From contig NC_068986.1 of the NCBI RefSeq assembly GCF_001194135.2, positions 68,014,120 to 68,051,709 of the forward strand: 37,590 bases of DNA, in the 5' to 3' direction. This stretch comes from Octopus bimaculoides (taxonomy: Eukaryota). Under the pieces are notes generated by a model, which saw only the letters and a program-made list of their open reading frames with translations, had not been told where the DNA came from and searched no databases. Shown in pieces: positions 33,553-37,590 of this stretch (position 1 is its first letter; each line of letters opens with the position of its first letter). Both the position numbers and the translations under genes were made by a program.

Positions 33553-33828
33553 GTAAACAGTTTGAAACTTCGTATACTGGTGTAATTTTCTCACATAGAA
33601 CACGGTCTACTTCGTATTTTAGAAGTTATTTCGTGTTAAAGTTTTCGTATTTAGGTAATTTTAACCATTCTTCAACTGAATACCTGTCGTTGATTGGTTA
33701 AAATTACACAAATACGAAAACTTTAACACGAAATAACTTCTAAAATACGAAATTTTGTCTAAATGTTCAAACTAAACCGTGTTCTGCGTGAGAAATTACA
33801 CCAGTATACGAGGTTTCAAACTGTCTAG
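33553..33828. mobile_element. Fold-back MITE flanked by TTAA
   Basis: Outer arms (about 33553-33606 / 33777-33828) and inner 57-bp arms (33611-33667 / 33695-33751, 2 mismatches). TTAA at 33549-52 and 33829-32. Confidence 0.8.
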
Positions 33829-35031
33829 TTAAAAAAAAATTAACTAAAAAATTTGTGAGCCAAATTAAACAGATCATACCCTTATATTGGTATGCATGTG
33901 CAAGCATGTATCTACCCCATACATGTACGAATGTGTTTGTGTCTGTATGTGTGTGTATCAACATAAACGTGTGTGCGGTGCGTGTGTGTGCATGAGTGTC
34001 CCTGATGAAGTACATGCAAATGGAGGATTTTTTTATTCTTAAGAAACCTGATATCAAACACACACACACATACACACACACGCACACACGCACTCATACA
34101 CATACACAGGTAGGCCTTAAGCCTACAACCTCTGACCCTTTCAGGAGTGACGGATATGGAGATGGCCCAAATATTAGCTGATAAACAAGAATGTAATGCG
34201 ACAACAATGAAGAGGAAAACGACTACAACGATGACGACGAGGAGGGGGGGATNNNNNNNNNNNNNNNNNNNNNNNNNNNNNNNNNNNNNNNNNNNNNGGA
34301 GGAGGAGGAGGAGGAGGAGGAGGAGGAGGAGGAGGAAACCAGTTGTCAGGATGAGTAAGACGCAAGCATATTCCCCACTGTAAAACACTTTGTTCTTGTT
34401 ATTTGTAAGTCAAGACTAACGAAATATGCGTAATGGTGCAAGGAGGTTGAAGAGAGATGTGAAGGAATAAATGTCTCGAGGTGGCAAACATGTTTCACTG
34501 ATTGCAAGTGATAGAGAGATAAAGGGAGAGAGAGAGAGAGAGAGGGTGTGTGGTGAATGTATTGTAAAGAAAGGGGTGAGTGATAGGAAGAGATATGGAA
34601 GGTAGTGTGATTATCTGTGTCTGTCTGTCTAGAAATAAATGTGTTTGTGTGTTTGTGTGTATGTGCGTATCGTTATCAATATGTTTGTGTATATATAAAT
34701 ACTTCCAGCATGGCCACAGCCTTTAGGCTGAAACTTATAAAAGAATACACACACACATACACTGAAAGAGAGAATTACACTGTGAGAGGGGTGTGACCTA
34801 ATACAGGAAAACAGGAAAGAGAGTGGTGGAATAGGATATGGGAATAAATTAGTTAAAATGAAATCAGTGACAAGAAACATTTCAAGAGAATGAGTAATAA
34901 ATAGCATGTTAAAGTCACAGCCCGTTATGTGCAATATAGACACAGGTATGCTATGAGGTTAAGTTGCTAGCTTTGCACCCACGAAGTCTTGAGTTCAGTC
35001 TCAACCAGTGGCATTAAGGTCAGATGTATAA

Positions 35032-35060
35032 CAGTCATGGGCAACCTACGGCCCCCGGGA
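35032..35060 (+). mobile_element. Orphan hAT-type terminal sequence
   Basis: CAGTCATGGGCAACCTACGGCCC resembles Charlie-type TIRs. No partner end seen. Confidence 0.4.
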
Positions 35061-35073
35061 TTTTCTGAATAGC

Positions 35074-35446
35074 TTGTTGTTGTTGGCACTCTGTCGCTTA
35101 CGACGTCGAGGGTTCCAGTTGATCTGATCAACGGAACAGCCTGCTCGTGAAATTAACGTGCAAGTGGCTGAGTACTCCACAGATACGTGTACCTTTAACG
35201 TAGGTCTCGGGGATATTCAGCGTGACACAGTGTGACAAGGCTGGCCCTTTGATTACAGGCACAACAGAAATAGGAAGTAAGAGAAAGTTGTGGTAAATGA
35301 GTACAGCAGGGTTCGTCACAATCCCCTGCCGGAGCCTCGTGGAGCTTTAGGTGTTTTCGCTCAATAAACACTCACAACGCCCGGTCTAGGAATCGAAACC
35401 GCGATCCTATGACCGCGAGTTCGCTGCCCTAACCACTGGGCCATTG
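35074..35446 (-). mobile_element. tRNA-derived SINE family B
   Basis: Near-identical to 36651-37029, with a (CAA)n tail. Confidence 0.9.
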
Positions 35447-35710
35447 NNNNNNNNNNNNNNNNNNNNNNNNNNNNNNNNNNNNNNNNNNNNNNNNNNNNNN
35501 NNNNNNNNNNNNNNNNNNNNNNNNNNNNNNNNNNNNNNNNNNNNNNNNNNNNNNNNNNNNNNNNNNNNNNNNNNNNNNNNNNNNNNNNNNNNNNNNNNNN
35601 NNNNNNNNNNNNNNNNNNNNNNNNNNNNNNNNNNNNNNNNNNNNNNNNNNNNNNNNNNNNNNNNNNNNNNNNNNNNNNNNNNNNNNNNNNNNNNNNNNNN
35701 NNNNNNNNNN

Positions 35711-35759
<49 letters not shown>

Positions 35760-36650
35760 CTATGTTTATGTGTGTCTGTTTCTATTTTTGTGTTTCTAAG
35801 TGTTTGTGTGTTTGTATGTGTTTGTGCGTTTCTATGTGTTCGTGTGTTTGTCTGTTTGTGTATTTCTATGTGTGTGTTTGTGTGTTTCTATGTGTTCGTG
35901 TGTTTGTATGTGTTTGTGTGTTTCTATGTATTTGCCTTTACACTCGGCAACTTAATGGCGCAAAAAAAAAAAAGATGGCTGACAATAATCACTTTTAAAA
36001 AGTAAATACTGACGCCCCACCATGGCTGCGTTCCTGTCCCTGAAAGAAGTAAAAGAAGAAATAGTAAACCCTTTAAAAAATTGGCAACCTCGGAGATTTC
36101 AAATTATATATTCAAAGATTTTCGATGCTTTTATTCGGTACAATAAATTAAAGATCTAGATACAGTTTAGGAAATATCACTTAGGAAATATCACTTAGGA
36201 AATATCGCTTAATAAATTGCTCGATGCGCAAATCCTGTAGAGAATAAATAAAAGAAGCGATTTCAAAATGACGGAAGTGAGCATAGATAAAGCAAGCACT
36301 CTGCCAACAGTTTTCTATAGTGTACGACAATTTATAAAGCCTGTATAGCCTTGGATTTTCTATCAATCCGTTTTTTTTTTAATTATTTTCCTCGGGTTTA
36401 TTGTGTATGTAATGCAGAACACACATACAAACGCACACACACACACGTTCACACGCACACACACGCACACAAACACATACACATGCGCACACACACACGC
36501 ACGTTCACACACACACGCACGCACACACACACACACACATACACAAAAACAAACTCCAAATACATCGAGAATAGAAATGCGATAAAATTAGCTGACTACA
36601 TCTAGCGATTAAAAGAAAGCCATTGAAATTGTTTCAGCTAATGCAAGATT

Positions 36651-37029
36651 GTTGTTGCCACTCCGTCGCTTACGATGTCGAGGGTTCCAGTTGATCCGAT
36701 CAACGGAACAGCCTGCTCATGAAATTAACGTGCAAGTGGCTGAGTACTCCAGAGACACGTGTACCCTTAACGTAGTTCTCGGGAATATTCAGCGTGACAC
36801 AGTGTGACAAGGCAGGCCCTTTCAAATACAGGTATAACAGAAACAGGAAGTAAGAGAAAGTTGTGGCGAAAGAGTACAGCAGGGTTCGCCACCATCCCCT
36901 ACCGGAGCCTCGTGAAGCTTTGGGTGTTTTCGCTCAATAAACACTCACAACGTCCGGTCTGGGAATCGAAAACGCGACCCTATGACCGCGAGTCCGCTGA
37001 CCTAACCACTGGGCCATTGCGCCTCCACT
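36651..37029 (-). mobile_element. Full-length tRNA-derived SINE family B with a 12-bp TSD
   Basis: Minus head GGAGGCGCAATGGCCCAGTGGTTAGG..TTTCGATTCCC and (CAA)n tail. TSD TAATGCAAGATT at 36639-50 and 37030-41. Confidence 0.95.
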
Positions 37030-37127
37030 TAATGCAAGATTATAGAACGGAAATTAAACACCACCACCTGAACACTTTATAGGATTGTCCCTCACCCTAT
37101 ACACACATGCTTAATAATTACAACACA

Positions 37128-37343
37128 CTAGGCGGCGAGCTGGCTGAATCGTTAGCATACTGGCCAAAAAGCTTAGCGGCATTTCGTCCGTTCTTACGTT
37201 CCGAGTTCAAATTCCGCCGGAGTCAACTTTGCCTTTCATACTTTCGAAATCGAGAAAATAAGTACCAGTTGAGTACTGGGGATCAAAGTAATCGACTCAC
37301 CCCACTTTCCGAAATTGCTGGCCTTGTGCGAAAATTTGAACCC
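37128..37343 (+). mobile_element. Full-length tRNA-derived SINE family A with a 15-bp TSD
   Basis: GGCGGCGAGCTGGCTGAATCGTTAG (A box), GAGTTCAAATTCC (B box). TSD AATAATTACAACACA at 37113-27 and 37344-58. Confidence 0.95.
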
Positions 37344-37480
37344 AATAATTACAACACATGTAATACACACACACACACACACACACACGTGCTCATACTC
37401 ATGTGTATGGTTCAAGTAACTGCGTAATTTATATTTTTAACACCATTTATCTCTTATTTTTTGTATTTTCTTCTTCTTCT

Positions 37481-37533
<53 letters not shown>

Positions 37534-37536
37534 TTC

Positions 37537-37590
<54 letters not shown>

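Noticed and set aside
34002-34030. Additional hammerhead cores (CTGATGA here and at 1223-1229)
   Set aside because: No stem II followed by GAAA.
36261-36280. YY1/ETS-like promoter motif (AAAATGACGGAAGTG)
   Set aside because: Short, imperfect and unsupported by any adjacent exon.
36940-37230. tRNA genes at SINE heads (also 9045-9130, 25080-25157, 33174-33250)
   Set aside because: A and B boxes are present but there is no complete cloverleaf; the heads continue into SINE bodies with tails and TSDs.

Overview
Repeat-saturated, gapped eukaryotic genomic DNA, most likely a coleoid cephalopod (octopus). This is inferred from the tRNA-derived SINE types and the extreme microsatellite load. There are seven N gaps: 13005-13356, 16653-17403, 21850-22161, 31448-31879, 32799-32843, 34253-34297 and 35447-35710. 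No host protein-coding gene can be called with confidence; only candidate exons are visible. The main structure is a decayed but nearly complete, compact LTR retrotransposon (3723-7874, gag-PR-RT-RH-IN order). It has no canonical TGG primer-binding site. Instead, the 12 nt abutting the 5' LTR are the exact complement of the 5' end of tRNA-Phe. The window also holds a tRNA-headed SINE whose tail carries a Penelope-type minimal hammerhead ribozyme, and a second hammerhead downstream of a Penelope GIY-YIG remnant. Other remnants are mariner, maT (DD37D), hAT, Helitron, R4/Dong and CR1-like elements, plus many SINEs (two with clear TSDs) and a hAT MITE with an 8-bp TSD. Two long fold-back palindromes, a 200-bp inverted pair and a 10-copy 19-bp motif array are also present. 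All calls were made by eye without database searches.
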